A stretch of DNA of 64,000 nt from an uncultured Clostridia bacterium (GTDB lineage: Bacteria > Bacillota > Clostridia > TANB77 > CAG-508). Of this stretch, positions 52,590 to 62,443 are shown one piece after another. A program made the translations under genes and the position numbers. The notes below the pieces were generated by a model, which searched no databases, was not told the DNA's origin, and saw nothing but the letters and a program-made list of their open reading frames with translations. Location of the stretch: assembly GCA_948891265.1 (NCBI GenBank), contig CAQUBD010000004.1:4223-68222 (forward strand). Direction: 5' to 3'. The stretch's first letter is position 1, and every line of letters begins with the position of its first letter.

Positions 52590-52997
52590 CTAAAATATAT
52601 TCTTTAAATTTAATTGTGTCTTATTCTTAATATGCTCAAGAATAAAAATGCTTCTATCTATAGATGGAAGTGCCTCAGAAGATTCCTCTTTTTGTATATA
52701 TCCTCGTAACCCTGTTAGTTCTGTTTCTACTTTTTCTAATTCATCATGTTCTATATAATATGCTAATTTTTCATATTTCAAATCCCATTTTTCATGAATT
52801 TGATCTATTTTTTCTTTAGCTATTTTAAAATCTATTTCACTTTCGTCTTTTATTAATTCACTTCTTAACTCTTCTAAACTTTTTGAAGTATTTTCTACTG
52901 ATTGTGTAGTATAATTTTCTGTAAAGATATTACCTACACAAATAAGAACTACAATAAATGTAGATATTACTAATTCTTTTATCATTTTATCCTCCAC
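52590..52997 (-). CDS. DUF4363-family protein
   Basis: Small N-terminally anchored helical protein immediately downstream of a DUF421 gene, the usual pairing in Clostridia. Confidence 0.55.
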   Translation of the reverse strand: MEDKMIKELVISTFIVVLICVGNIFTENYTTQSVENTSKSLEELRSELIKDESEIDFKIAKEKIDQIHEKWDLKYEKLAYYIEHDELEKVETELTGLRGYIQKEESSEALPSIDRSIFILEHIKNKTQLNLKNIF

Positions 52998-53000
52998 ATA

Positions 53001-53681
53001 CTATTTTTTCTTATCATCTTTTTTTTGACAAAAAATTTGTCCCTTTCCATCAAATGTAACTACTAATGCTTGTTCTGGCTTCATTTTAAATTTTTCTACT
53101 TGTTTCTTTAACCATTCTTCATCTTTTCCTATTGCTTTTAAATTATTACTCATTATTTTTCCATCAATAACTAAATCATATGGAATCCCCTCATATTCTG
53201 GAGTAATATTAAAATCTTCTGGAATAGTAGTTCTTTTTTCTGGCTTTTGAATTACCGTAATTTGTCCACTTGTTTCTAATATTGCATACTCTACATCACC
53301 TAAATTAAAAATATTATTTCCTCTAAGTCTTTCTTCTAATTCGTTTATGGTAAATCTTTCTTTTTGTAATGCTTTTTCATTAATTTTTCCTCTATATACC
53401 AAAATTGTGGGCTTGCCACAAATTATTGCTCTTCCATTTATACTCTTCATATTAATTACTGATATTAATAAGTGCATTACTAATAAACCTAAAATTGGTA
53501 TAATTCCATTTGTTATAGGAACACCTGTATCTGTCATTGGTATTGATGCTAAATCTGCTATCATTATTGAAATTGCAAGTTCAAATGGCTGCAATTGTCC
53601 TATCTCTCTTTTTCCCATTAATCTCATAACAACTAATACTAATATGTATAATAATATAGCTCTAAAAAAAATTAATAACAT
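53001..53681 (-). CDS. DUF421 (YetF-like) membrane protein
   Basis: ..VLVVMRLMGKREIGQLQPFELAISIMIADLA.. signature of DUF421. Confidence 0.75.
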   Translation of the reverse strand: MLLIFFRAILLYILVLVVMRLMGKREIGQLQPFELAISIMIADLASIPMTDTGVPITNGIIPILGLLVMHLLISVINMKSINGRAIICGKPTILVYRGKINEKALQKERFTINELEERLRGNNIFNLGDVEYAILETSGQITVIQKPEKRTTIPEDFNITPEYEGIPYDLVIDGKIMSNNLKAIGKDEEWLKKQVEKFKMKPEQALVVTFDGKGQIFCQKKDDKKK

Positions 53682-53866
53682 ATTTATTCTCCTCTTCGTT
53701 ATAATTTAATTTCTAAACATTATATAAAACTTTTTTATTTATTTTTTACAAAAATTAACTTTTTTATACTTATATTTTTGAATATTATTTTTAAATTAGT
53801 TAATAATAATTTTAGAGCCTTAAAAAATTTACATTAAATTTTTAAAAACTAAGGAGGTTTTCTAAT

Positions 53867-54238
53867 ATGTCAAATTCACAAACAAGAAGTGAAAATGGTA
53901 CTTCTACAGTATGGCAAATAATTGGAAGATTAGTTGCTGCAGCTGTTGTTTTAGCAATTACAGCATTTTTTACACCTGGATTTACAATAAATAATATATG
54001 GACTTTGGCTATAGCCGCTGTTGTATTAACAGTTATAGATTATTTAGTTACTAAGTTTACTGGTTTACATGCAAGCCCATTTGGTAAAGGCTTTGTAGGT
54101 TTTGCATTAGCCGCAATCACTTTATATGTTACTCAATTCTTTGTAGCTGGTTATTCTATTTCTTGGATAGCTGCTATAATAGGTGCTTTAATCTATGGTG
54201 TTGTTGATTACTTTATACCAGGAAATCAACAAATGTAG
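53867..54238 (+). CDS. small four-TM membrane protein (holin-IV/DUF360-like)
   Basis: Hydrophobicity pattern and ..FFTPGFTINNIWTLAIAAVVL..; family call tentative. Confidence 0.4.
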   Translation: MSNSQTRSENGTSTVWQIIGRLVAAAVVLAITAFFTPGFTINNIWTLAIAAVVLTVIDYLVTKFTGLHASPFGKGFVGFALAAITLYVTQFFVAGYSISWIAAIIGALIYGVVDYFIPGNQQM

Positions 54239-54240
54239 AA

Positions 54241-54279
54241 AAAGTGTGCCAAAGGGGGCGTCCCTTTTTGGCACACTTT
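54241..54279 (+). terminator. GC-rich hairpin terminator, copy 1
   Basis: AAAGTGTGCCAAAGGGGGCGTCCCTTTTTGGCACACTTT directly after the stop of the plus-strand gene. Confidence 0.7.
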
Positions 54280-54316
54280 GTTACAATTATAATAATTTTA
54301 TAAACTATTAAACAAA

Positions 54317-54355
54317 AAATGTGCCAAAAAGGGACGCCCCCTTTGGCACACTTTT
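54317..54355 (-). terminator. same GC-rich hairpin in inverted orientation, copy 2
   Basis: Reverse complement of copy 1 with one mismatch; directly after the stop of the minus-strand gene. Confidence 0.7.
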
Positions 54356-54356
54356 T

Positions 54357-55604
54357 CTATTTTTGTCTTTCCCAATATTTTTCATACAATTCTTTAGCTG
54401 TTTTAGGACTATCTACACCTTCTTTATTTTTAACTGGTGCAAAGTCGTCCTCTCTTTTTCCTCTAAGTATTGCAATATCGTCAAATATTTCAAAACTATC
54501 AAATATGAATGCTTCAAATTTGTAAGAGTTTGGTTCTTCTGGTATTATTTCTTTTCCATTTTCGTCTATATATGAATTCTTTTTAAATGCACTATGATAT
54601 ATTAATGGTTCTTTGCTTATTTTTTCTATTGCATCTATTGTAAATAAATTACACATTATATGAGATTCTCCATATTTAAGTTCTCCATTATTATCTACTT
54701 CTTCTGCCATTTGCTCTGGTAATTCAGTGTATTCGATGACTTTTGGATGTCCATTCATTTTACAAAATACTCCTACTCTTTCATGTGCATTTGCCTTTAA
54801 TACTGATTTTGATGCTATTTGTACATTTTTTTCTATTGCCATTCCTAATAAAGTAGTATCTACCATTTTTAAAATTGCATTGTCTACTGAGCCTATAAAT
54901 ATCCACTTAATTCCTTTTTCTTTCATGTCTGCAAGCATTCCTGTTTTTCTTAATGATAAGAATAGTCCTCCATTTCCGTCTGATGCTTCTTTTATTTTTA
55001 AGTCTTTTCCTATAAGCATTTTTCCTTCGGTATCTATTAGTGGTAATTCTCCTTGTTTGAATAACATTACATTATTTTTATCATATCCAAAATAATTATG
55101 TTTTTCTAAAAATTCTTGTGTTTCATCATTATTTTCTTTGCTTGTCATTATGTACCATGGAATGGTTGTGTCATATTTTTTGTTTGCTTCTTTTAAATTT
55201 TCTGCTAATATTTCAAACAAGTATTTTCCTTTTCCATAAACATCTAGTTTAAATGTTCCTTTTGGTCCTGTGTGTCCAAGTCTTGTTCCTTGACCACCAG
55301 CCATTGTAACAACGGCATATTGGTTGCTTACAATTATTTTTTGTCCTAGCTCTTCAAATTTTTCTTTTTCATTTTTAGTAAGCTTTTCTTTATCTAAATA
55401 TTTTATAGCTTCTATTTTATTTTCTTTTATTTCTATTTCTTTTTTAGTATTTTCATATAATTCCATCATTTGATGAAAATCTATTTTATTTATCTGGTCT
55501 ACTAATTTTTCTTTTTTTTCTCCTTCTAATTTTTCTAGTAATTGTACTATATGTTCTTGTTCATATGTTTTTAGTAATTGAATAACTTCTTCATTTTTGT
55601 CCAT
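54357..55604 (-). CDS. UDP-sugar pyrophosphorylase (UDPGP/UAP-type uridylyltransferase)
   Basis: ..VVTMAGGQGTRLGHTGPKGTF.. nucleotide-binding loop; 415 aa. Confidence 0.75.
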   Translation of the reverse strand: MDKNEEVIQLLKTYEQEHIVQLLEKLEGEKKEKLVDQINKIDFHQMMELYENTKKEIEIKENKIEAIKYLDKEKLTKNEKEKFEELGQKIIVSNQYAVVTMAGGQGTRLGHTGPKGTFKLDVYGKGKYLFEILAENLKEANKKYDTTIPWYIMTSKENNDETQEFLEKHNYFGYDKNNVMLFKQGELPLIDTEGKMLIGKDLKIKEASDGNGGLFLSLRKTGMLADMKEKGIKWIFIGSVDNAILKMVDTTLLGMAIEKNVQIASKSVLKANAHERVGVFCKMNGHPKVIEYTELPEQMAEEVDNNGELKYGESHIMCNLFTIDAIEKISKEPLIYHSAFKKNSYIDENGKEIIPEEPNSYKFEAFIFDSFEIFDDIAILRGKREDDFAPVKNKEGVDSPKTAKELYEKYWERQK

Positions 55605-55893
55605 CAGTTACATCCCTTTCCTATTATTTATCTTGTAAATAATAACACTTCTATATTTAATATTATATTTTATTCTAATTATATATTTTTGTTATTTTCC
55701 ATATTACTTTATAACATGCTTTTTATTTTTGTATTTTACATTTTAACACATTTTTATAAATTTAGCAATTTTTTTTTAAAACTTGTCATATACTTTGAAA
55801 AGAAGCAATATAAATTAATTAAAGTTATGTGGTACAAACATTTTAAATTTTTAGATTAAAATGAAATTGTAAATTTCAAAGGGAGGTATATAG

Positions 55894-57372
55894 ATGGAAA
55901 ATTCAAATTTATATCAGGACATTGCAAAGAGAACTGATGGCGATATTTATGTAGGTGTTGTAGGTCCTGTACGTACTGGTAAATCGACTTTTATTAAAAA
56001 TTTTATGGATTTACTTGTTATTCCAAATATTGATAATGAATACAAAAAAGAAAGGGCAAAAGATGAGCTACCTCAGAGTGCTGGTGGTAGAACTATTATG
56101 ACAACAGAACCAAAATTCATCCCAAATGAAGCTATAGAAATCACTTTAGATAATAATCTAAAATTCAAAACTAGACTAGTAGATTGTGTTGGTTATTTAG
56201 TTTCGAATAGCATTGGTTATCTTGAAGATGACATGCCAAGAATGGTAAAAACACCTTGGTCAGATGAAGAAATCCCATTTGAAACTGCTGCTGAAATTGG
56301 TACAAAAAAAGTTATAGAAGAACATTCTACAATTGGAATTTTAGTTACTTCTGATGGAAGTATCACAGATATCCCAAGAGAAGATTATATACAAGCAGAA
56401 GAAAGAGTAGTTTCTGAATTAAAAGCATTAGATAAACCTTTTGTAATCTTACTAAATTCTGACAATCCTTATTCAGAATATACTCAAGAACTTGCCCAAA
56501 AGTTAACAGATAAATATAATAACACTGTTATCCCTATAAATTGTGCAAATCTTACTATAAATGATATAAATGATATCTTTTCAAAAATTTTATATGAATT
56601 TCCTGCTCAAAGAATTTCAATTAAATTTCCTCGTTGGATTGATGGATTAGATTTTAATCATCCTATAAAAAGTCAACTATTTAATGAAATTAAAGATGCA
56701 TTTACAGATATTCATGTTTTAAAAGATATTTCAAATTGTACTCAAAAAATAAGCCAAACTGAAATCATCTCAAGAACTACTATTACCAATATCGAACTCG
56801 GCTCTGGAAATGTTAAAGTACAAATTGATGTAAAAGAAGAATTGTTTTATAAAGTGTTATCTGAAATTACTGGTGTATGTGTTGAGAATGAAGGAGATCT
56901 ATTTGGTATTATTTCTGAGCTTTCTATTGCTAAAAAGAAATATGATAAAATTGCATATGCCTTAGAAGAAGTAAATGCCAAAGGCTATGGAATTGTTACT
57001 CCTTCAATTGATGAACTAGAATTAGATGAACCAGAAATGGTTAAACAAGGTTCTAGATTTGGTGTAAAACTAAAAGCAACTGCACCTAGTATACATATGA
57101 TAAAAACAAATGTAACTACTGAGGTCTCTCCAATTGTTGGTTCAGAAAAACAATCTGAGGAGTTAGTAAATTATCTACTTTCTGGATTTGAAAATGACCC
57201 TAAACAAATTTGGTCATCTAACATATTTGGAAAAAGCTTACATGAACTTGTAAATGAAGGCTTACAAACTAAGTTATCTAAAATGCCGGAAGAAGCTCAA
57301 CTTAAACTTCAGGAGACACTTGAACGTATTGTTAACGAAGGTTCTGGTGGATTAATTTGCATTATATTATAA
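55894..57372 (+). CDS. spoIVA: stage IV sporulation protein A
   Basis: ..IYVGVVGPVRTGKSTFIK.. Walker A and full-length 492-aa SpoIVA pattern. Confidence 0.95.
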   Translation: MENSNLYQDIAKRTDGDIYVGVVGPVRTGKSTFIKNFMDLLVIPNIDNEYKKERAKDELPQSAGGRTIMTTEPKFIPNEAIEITLDNNLKFKTRLVDCVGYLVSNSIGYLEDDMPRMVKTPWSDEEIPFETAAEIGTKKVIEEHSTIGILVTSDGSITDIPREDYIQAEERVVSELKALDKPFVILLNSDNPYSEYTQELAQKLTDKYNNTVIPINCANLTINDINDIFSKILYEFPAQRISIKFPRWIDGLDFNHPIKSQLFNEIKDAFTDIHVLKDISNCTQKISQTEIISRTTITNIELGSGNVKVQIDVKEELFYKVLSEITGVCVENEGDLFGIISELSIAKKKYDKIAYALEEVNAKGYGIVTPSIDELELDEPEMVKQGSRFGVKLKATAPSIHMIKTNVTTEVSPIVGSEKQSEELVNYLLSGFENDPKQIWSSNIFGKSLHELVNEGLQTKLSKMPEEAQLKLQETLERIVNEGSGGLICIIL

Positions 57373-57468
57373 AAAGTTCAGAATACTTTAATAATATAAA
57401 AGTATAGAAATTTTATATTGATTTCTATACTTTTTCTTTTTCTCTATTCTTTTATCTACAAATTAAAT

Positions 57469-57813
57469 CTATACTATCTTATCCCCAAATTTCTCACCTG
57501 CTAATATATGGAAATGTAAATGCATCACTTCTTGACCTGCATCTTTTCCACAATTTACAATTACTCTATACCCACTTTCTTTAAAGCCTTTTTCTTCAGC
57601 AATTTTGTTTATAACTCCATAAATTTTACCAACAATAACTTCATCTTCTTTTTCCATGTGAGCCAACGATGTTATATGTTTTTTAGGTATTACTAATATA
57701 TGAATTGGTGCTGCTGGGTTTATATCATTAAATGCTAATATCTCATCATCTTCATATACCTTACTTGAAGGTATTTCACCTTTTATTATTTTACAAAATA
57801 AACAATCTTCCAT
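57469..57813 (-). CDS. HIT-family (histidine triad) protein
   Basis: MEDCLFCKIIKGEIP.. and HLHFHIL triad. The track N-terminal extension (to 57861) overlaps an inverted repeat and is rejected. Confidence 0.88.
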   Translation of the reverse strand: MEDCLFCKIIKGEIPSSKVYEDDEILAFNDINPAAPIHILVIPKKHITSLAHMEKEDEVIVGKIYGVINKIAEEKGFKESGYRVIVNCGKDAGQEVMHLHFHILAGEKFGDKIV

Positions 57814-57834
57814 TTTCCTATATTCCTTTCTTTG

Positions 57835-57920
57835 ATTTGGGGACGGAGGAAAAATCATCATTATTTTTTTCTAATTTTATCTTCTTTTTTGAAATGATGA
57901 TTTTTCCTCCGTCCCCAAAT
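57835..57920. repeat. perfect 27-bp inverted repeat with a 32-nt spacer
   Basis: ATTTGGGGACGGAGGAAAAATCATCAT (57835-57861) and its exact reverse complement (57894-57920). Confidence 0.9.
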
Positions 57921-58050
57921 CATTATATTATAGTTTAAATTAAAAATCAATAAAATTTCATAATTGACTTTTATGTAAAATAATTATATAATCATTTTGA
58001 TACTATGTTAACTTTAGATTCTCTAAATCAAATGATAGGAGGAAAAAATT

Positions 58051-58479
58051 ATGTTATTTTCAAGTAATCAGCGGTTTGAAGTATCTGGTAATTTGAGATC
58101 TTCAGATGAGTTATCATCTGCACTCGAATTTGCATTAAAATTTTCTGGTAATTACGAAAATATGACAAAACGAGAAATTGATAGAGGTGCTAAATTACTC
58201 TATCAAATTACAGAAGATGACAAATATTGTATTGGTTGGGCTTTTGGAGAGGTTCCTTCTGGTTGGTCAGAATATCCTTTCAGATTCGATATCGAGATCG
58301 TTAGTAGAATTATTAAACAATATCTTGAAGACTTTCCAGTAGAAGAACACATAGGTGATGGCTCATATCGTAAAGGTTTTATTATGAAATGTTTAAGTTA
58401 TAGCGATTATGATACCATAAAAGAATCTTTTCATTGCATTGTCTATTTCGAACCCTATACTTGTTATTATGCAAAATAA
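58051..58479 (+). CDS. hypothetical 142-aa protein
   Basis: AGGAGG 8 nt before the ATG. Contains an in-frame CGG at codon 8 (58072-58074, CAG-CGG-TTT) that does not need a shift. Confidence 0.45.
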   Translation: MLFSSNQRFEVSGNLRSSDELSSALEFALKFSGNYENMTKREIDRGAKLLYQITEDDKYCIGWAFGEVPSGWSEYPFRFDIEIVSRIIKQYLEDFPVEEHIGDGSYRKGFIMKCLSYSDYDTIKESFHCIVYFEPYTCYYAK

Positions 58480-58556
58480 TTAATAATTAAAATCAAAGAT
58501 CACTTAAAATGTACCCAATGGAATAACACTATAAAGTGTTTCCCATTGGGTATATT

Positions 58557-60311
58557 TTACTCTAATACAGCCTTTATTCTTCTAATTCCAGCTGAGCTAG
58601 CTTCTTCTTTCTTTATTTTAAATGTTCCTAATTCAGATGTATTTTTTACATGAGGCCCTCCACATAATTCTTTTGAAATAGTTCCTATTGAATATACTGT
58701 TACAACATCTGGATATTTTTCTATAAACATACATTCTGCTCCAGATTTAACAGCCTCTTCTTTGCTCATTTCTTCTATTGTTACATCTAGTCCTTCTTGT
58801 ATCCATTTATTTACTAAATCTTCAGTTTGTTTTTTCTCTTCATCTGTCATTTTATGATCACAGTTAAAGTCAAATCTCATCCTTTCTGCTGTTATATTTG
58901 ATCCTCTTTGATGTGTATCTGGTCCTAATACTATTTTTAGTGCTGCATTTAATAAATGTGTTGCTGTATGATATGCTGTTGTAACTTCATTTTGTTCTGC
59001 AAGTCCACCTTTAAATTTTTGTTCTGATCCTTGTCTTGATTTTTCTTGATGTGCTTTAAATAATTCATTAAATTTTTCCATATCTACTGTCATTCCATTT
59101 TCTTGTGCTAATTCTTTTGTTACTTCTGGTGGAAATCCGTATGTGTCATATAATTTAAATACAACTGGTCCTTCTATCATAGTTTTATTTTGTTCTTTTG
59201 CTTTGTTCATCTCTTTTTGAAATTCTTTTTCTCCATGTGATAATGTTTTTATAAATTTGTTCTTTTCTTCTATTATTACTGATTTTATTAATTCGCAGTT
59301 ATTTTCTAATTCTGGATACATTTCACTTAAGTTTTCCACATTTATATCTATTAAAGTGGATACTTCATCTAAATTTATTTGTAATTTATTCATATGTCTT
59401 ACCATTCTACGAATCAGTCTTCTTAAAACATATCCCCTATCCACATTGCTTGGTCTTCCACCATCACATATTATCATCATACTTGAACGTAAATGTTCTG
59501 CTATTATTCTTCTACTTTCTATTATATCCACTTTTTGTAGTTCTACTAACTTATCCATTACAGGTTTAAATAGTTCTGTATCAAATGGTGTTTCTTTCCC
59601 TTGTAATAACATTGTCATTCTTTCTAATCCTAAGCCTGTATCAACATTTTTTTGTGATAATTTCGTGTAATTTCCATCTTTGTCTTTGAAATATTCCATA
59701 AATACATTATTCCATATTTCAACATATTTACCACAATCACAGCTAGGTTGACAATCAGGTCCACATGCTGGTTTTCCTGTATCATAAAACATTTCTGTAT
59801 CTGGTCCACATGGTCCTTCTTCTCCTGCTATCCACCAGTTATCATCTTTTCCATAATAATAGATATGTCCATCTAGTATTCCAGCTTTCTTCCAACATTC
59901 TGATGCTACTTCATCTTTTGGACAGTCTTCATCTCCTGCAAATACTGTTACTGATAGTTTTTCTACTGGTATTTGTAGCTCTTTGGTTAGAAAGTCAAAA
60001 CTCATTTGAATTGATTCTTCTTTAAAATAATCTCCTAATGACCAATTTCCTAACATTTCAAAATATGTTAAGTGTCTATTGTCTCCTACTTCATCTATAT
60101 CATTTGTTCTTACACATTTTTGATAATCTGTAAGTCTTGTTCCTGATGGGTGTTTTTCTCCTAATAAATATGGTACTAATGGTTGCATTCCTGCTGTGTT
60201 GAATAATACTGATGGATCATTTTCTGGTATTAATGGTGCTGATGGTATAACTGCATGTCCATGATTTTTAAAAAAGTTTATATATTTATTTCTTATTTCA
60301 ATAGCTTTCAT
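58557..60311 (-). CDS. short alanyl-tRNA synthetase-like protein (584 aa; no C-Ala domain)
   Basis: ..FNTAGMQPLVPYLLG.., ..DTGLGLERM.., editing-domain motifs HTATHLL and CGGPHV. Confidence 0.7.
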   Translation of the reverse strand: MKAIEIRNKYINFFKNHGHAVIPSAPLIPENDPSVLFNTAGMQPLVPYLLGEKHPSGTRLTDYQKCVRTNDIDEVGDNRHLTYFEMLGNWSLGDYFKEESIQMSFDFLTKELQIPVEKLSVTVFAGDEDCPKDEVASECWKKAGILDGHIYYYGKDDNWWIAGEEGPCGPDTEMFYDTGKPACGPDCQPSCDCGKYVEIWNNVFMEYFKDKDGNYTKLSQKNVDTGLGLERMTMLLQGKETPFDTELFKPVMDKLVELQKVDIIESRRIIAEHLRSSMMIICDGGRPSNVDRGYVLRRLIRRMVRHMNKLQINLDEVSTLIDINVENLSEMYPELENNCELIKSVIIEEKNKFIKTLSHGEKEFQKEMNKAKEQNKTMIEGPVVFKLYDTYGFPPEVTKELAQENGMTVDMEKFNELFKAHQEKSRQGSEQKFKGGLAEQNEVTTAYHTATHLLNAALKIVLGPDTHQRGSNITAERMRFDFNCDHKMTDEEKKQTEDLVNKWIQEGLDVTIEEMSKEEAVKSGAECMFIEKYPDVVTVYSIGTISKELCGGPHVKNTSELGTFKIKKEEASSAGIRRIKAVLE

Positions 60312-61605
60312 TTTTATCTCTTCCCTTCACTTGGCTATTTTTCTGCTGTAAATTATACTTTATTTTTATGTGAAAATCAAGTTTTTTTTGATTTTCTATT
60401 CCTTTGCACATTCTTCTATTTACAGCAATTTCAATTATGCACAATATTAACAATATAAATTCCACAACTATTAACTCATATTTCATCAAAATTAATGTAA
60501 ATGCTCCACTTAAAACTAATTGTCCTAACTTCCTATATGCTTCAATATCTATCATTATCTCCTGTTGTTTTTCTTTTGGAGTAAGTTTTAAAGCTACATC
60601 TTCTATATATACTTGAAAAGAATCTCTAATTGCTAGTATTAAGAAAAATCCCAAAGACATCATTATCACTTTAAGCGCAAAGCAAAATTGTATAAAATGT
60701 CCTAAAATCAACAATGCAAATGCGATAAATTCTAATAAAGTTAACACTATACTCATTTTATCTTTAATTTTCAAATATATCTTTCCAAAAATAACATTTC
60801 CAAGCACTCTAGCAATTCTTGATATAAATACAATTGTTGTAATATAATATGTTACCATTCCTACAGATAACACTTTTTGAAAATCATATTGCATAAATAA
60901 CTTACTATTATTTTGTCCCAATTTTATTATCGAATAAAAAATCGCATTAGATAATATTACTAAAAAAATTGTAGAAGTTAATGCAACTTTTTTATTGCCA
61001 CTACTAATCTTGCTTTCTTCCTTTTTATCTTTTATTTCTGCTTCACAAAAGTTTAAAGACATAATAAATATTATAAAATATATTATAATTGATATACACA
61101 TTGGCAAGTATTTATTTACATTAAATAAATATCCTGAAACCAAAGCAGTTATCATTGTTACAATTCCATATATTACTTTTGCTTTGTTTCTTATAGTAAA
61201 ATATTTATCTTTTTGATTTAAATAAATTAAATTATTTCTTAATAAAATACTTGACATATTCCAAAACATAAATGCAAGTTCATATATTGTTCTATATATT
61301 ACTAGTGAAGTAAAAGATTTTCCAAATGTTAATATTATTGATGATATTAATATCATTAATGTTCCTAATTTTAGTGAATTTGCATTTCCTATTTTGTTTG
61401 TTATTTTTACTATTATTTTTTGTGTTAATATACAAACTAATAGTCCTATCATTGTAATTGCTGATATTTGACTCGCATTTAACCCTTTTACTAATGTTAA
61501 AAATAGAGTATCTATTGGTATAAAAAATATTAAATCTGCTGAAAACGCATAAAATATAGGATATAATTTTATACTGTTTTTTATGTTTTGTATGCTTTGC
61601 TTCAT
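60298..61605 (-). CDS. polytopic membrane protein, MFS-like (435 aa)
   Basis: About 12 hydrophobic segments; stop overlaps the start of the AlaRS-like gene. Confidence 0.5.
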   Translation of the reverse strand: MKQSIQNIKNSIKLYPIFYAFSADLIFFIPIDTLFLTLVKGLNASQISAITMIGLLVCILTQKIIVKITNKIGNANSLKLGTLMILISSIILTFGKSFTSLVIYRTIYELAFMFWNMSSILLRNNLIYLNQKDKYFTIRNKAKVIYGIVTMITALVSGYLFNVNKYLPMCISIIIYFIIFIMSLNFCEAEIKDKKEESKISSGNKKVALTSTIFLVILSNAIFYSIIKLGQNNSKLFMQYDFQKVLSVGMVTYYITTIVFISRIARVLGNVIFGKIYLKIKDKMSIVLTLLEFIAFALLILGHFIQFCFALKVIMMSLGFFLILAIRDSFQVYIEDVALKLTPKEKQQEIMIDIEAYRKLGQLVLSGAFTLILMKYELIVVEFILLILCIIEIAVNRRMCKGIENQKKLDFHIKIKYNLQQKNSQVKGRDKNESY

Positions 61606-61716
61606 TTTCTTCTCCTACTATTGTTTTCTTATTTTATTAAGGGTTATTTTATCATATGTTTTCATAATTTCCAATACATTGATTATAAAAATTATTCGTA
61701 TTTTATTTATTTTTTG

Positions 61717-61745
61717 TTGAATATTTGCTTTTTTTATTGTATAAT
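61717..61745 (+). promoter_or_regulatory. near-consensus sigma-A promoter for the atypical tRNA-Gly
   Basis: TTGAAT, 17 nt spacer, TATAAT; tRNA 5' end 13 nt downstream. Confidence 0.6.
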
Positions 61746-61758
61746 ATTATTATGATAT

Positions 61759-61832
<74 letters not shown>

Positions 61833-61942
61833 ACGACGTATCTGTTCGAACTTTTTATAGAACAGGTAGATATGAAAATCAATCAGTAAAATGGTTGATT
61901 TTTTTGTTTTGCAAAAAATCATCCTAATTCTATAATGAAAGG

Positions 61943-62224
61943 ATGGTGTTTGAAATGAAGATAATTAAGCAAGAACTAGAATTTGAGGAATGTCTAAAAC
62001 AAAGGCTAGAGTTTATATGTGAGTTTTCAAAAGTTACTCCTACTTTTATAAATGGTAGCATTAGGAAACTAGAAAAAACTAATCTTACATATATTGAGCC
62101 ACATAGAGTGATTATCAAAAATATTACTTTTTTAGTATTTAATTACTCTAATGATGTGTATATCTCTAACTTGACTAAAAAGATTAAATTATCAGAGTTA
62201 GAAGAATATTTGAAGAACATATAA
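61943..62224 (+). CDS. hypothetical small protein (probable start MKIIKQ.. at 61955)
   Basis: ORF only. Confidence 0.35.
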   Translation: MVFEMKIIKQELEFEECLKQRLEFICEFSKVTPTFINGSIRKLEKTNLTYIEPHRVIIKNITFLVFNYSNDVYISNLTKKIKLSELEEYLKNI

Positions 62225-62234
62225 TTGTAAATAT

Positions 62235-62262
62235 TTGACATTTATTAAAATCGTAGTATAAT
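62235..62262 (+). promoter_or_regulatory. consensus sigma-A promoter upstream of a mini-ORF and the recombinase
   Basis: TTGACA (62235-62240), 16 nt spacer, TATAAT (62257-62262). Confidence 0.6.
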
Positions 62263-62305
62263 ATAATCAATAAAAATTTATATTTACTCGGAAAGAGTTA
62301 TATAT

Positions 62306-62377
62306 ATGAGTACTTTGAAAAAATTATATTATATTATATTGCACTATTATATTTTAGCTTATGATAAATGGATTTAA
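62306..62377 (+). CDS. 23-codon hydrophobic/aromatic mini-ORF (MSTLKKLYYIILHYYILAYDKWI); leader peptide or small toxin candidate
   Basis: Lies between the consensus promoter and a hairpin plus T-run (62376-62420); weak RBS GGAAAGAG. Confidence 0.25.
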   Translation: MSTLKKLYYIILHYYILAYDKWI

Positions 62378-62443
62378 GAGATGTCAGTAGTACTCGTATT
62401 GTACTTTGATGTCTCTTTTTGTTTTATTAAGGAGGTTTGAGAA

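Noticed and set aside
54319-54575. Plus-strand ORFs 54319-54525 and 54321-54575
   Set aside because: They start inside the terminator hairpin and run antisense to the UDP-sugar pyrophosphorylase gene.
57814-57861. N-terminal extension of the HIT protein (MMIFPPSPNQRKEYRK) given by the ORF track
   Set aside because: The extension is simply the left arm of the 27-bp inverted repeat. HIT homologues start at MEDCLFCKI...
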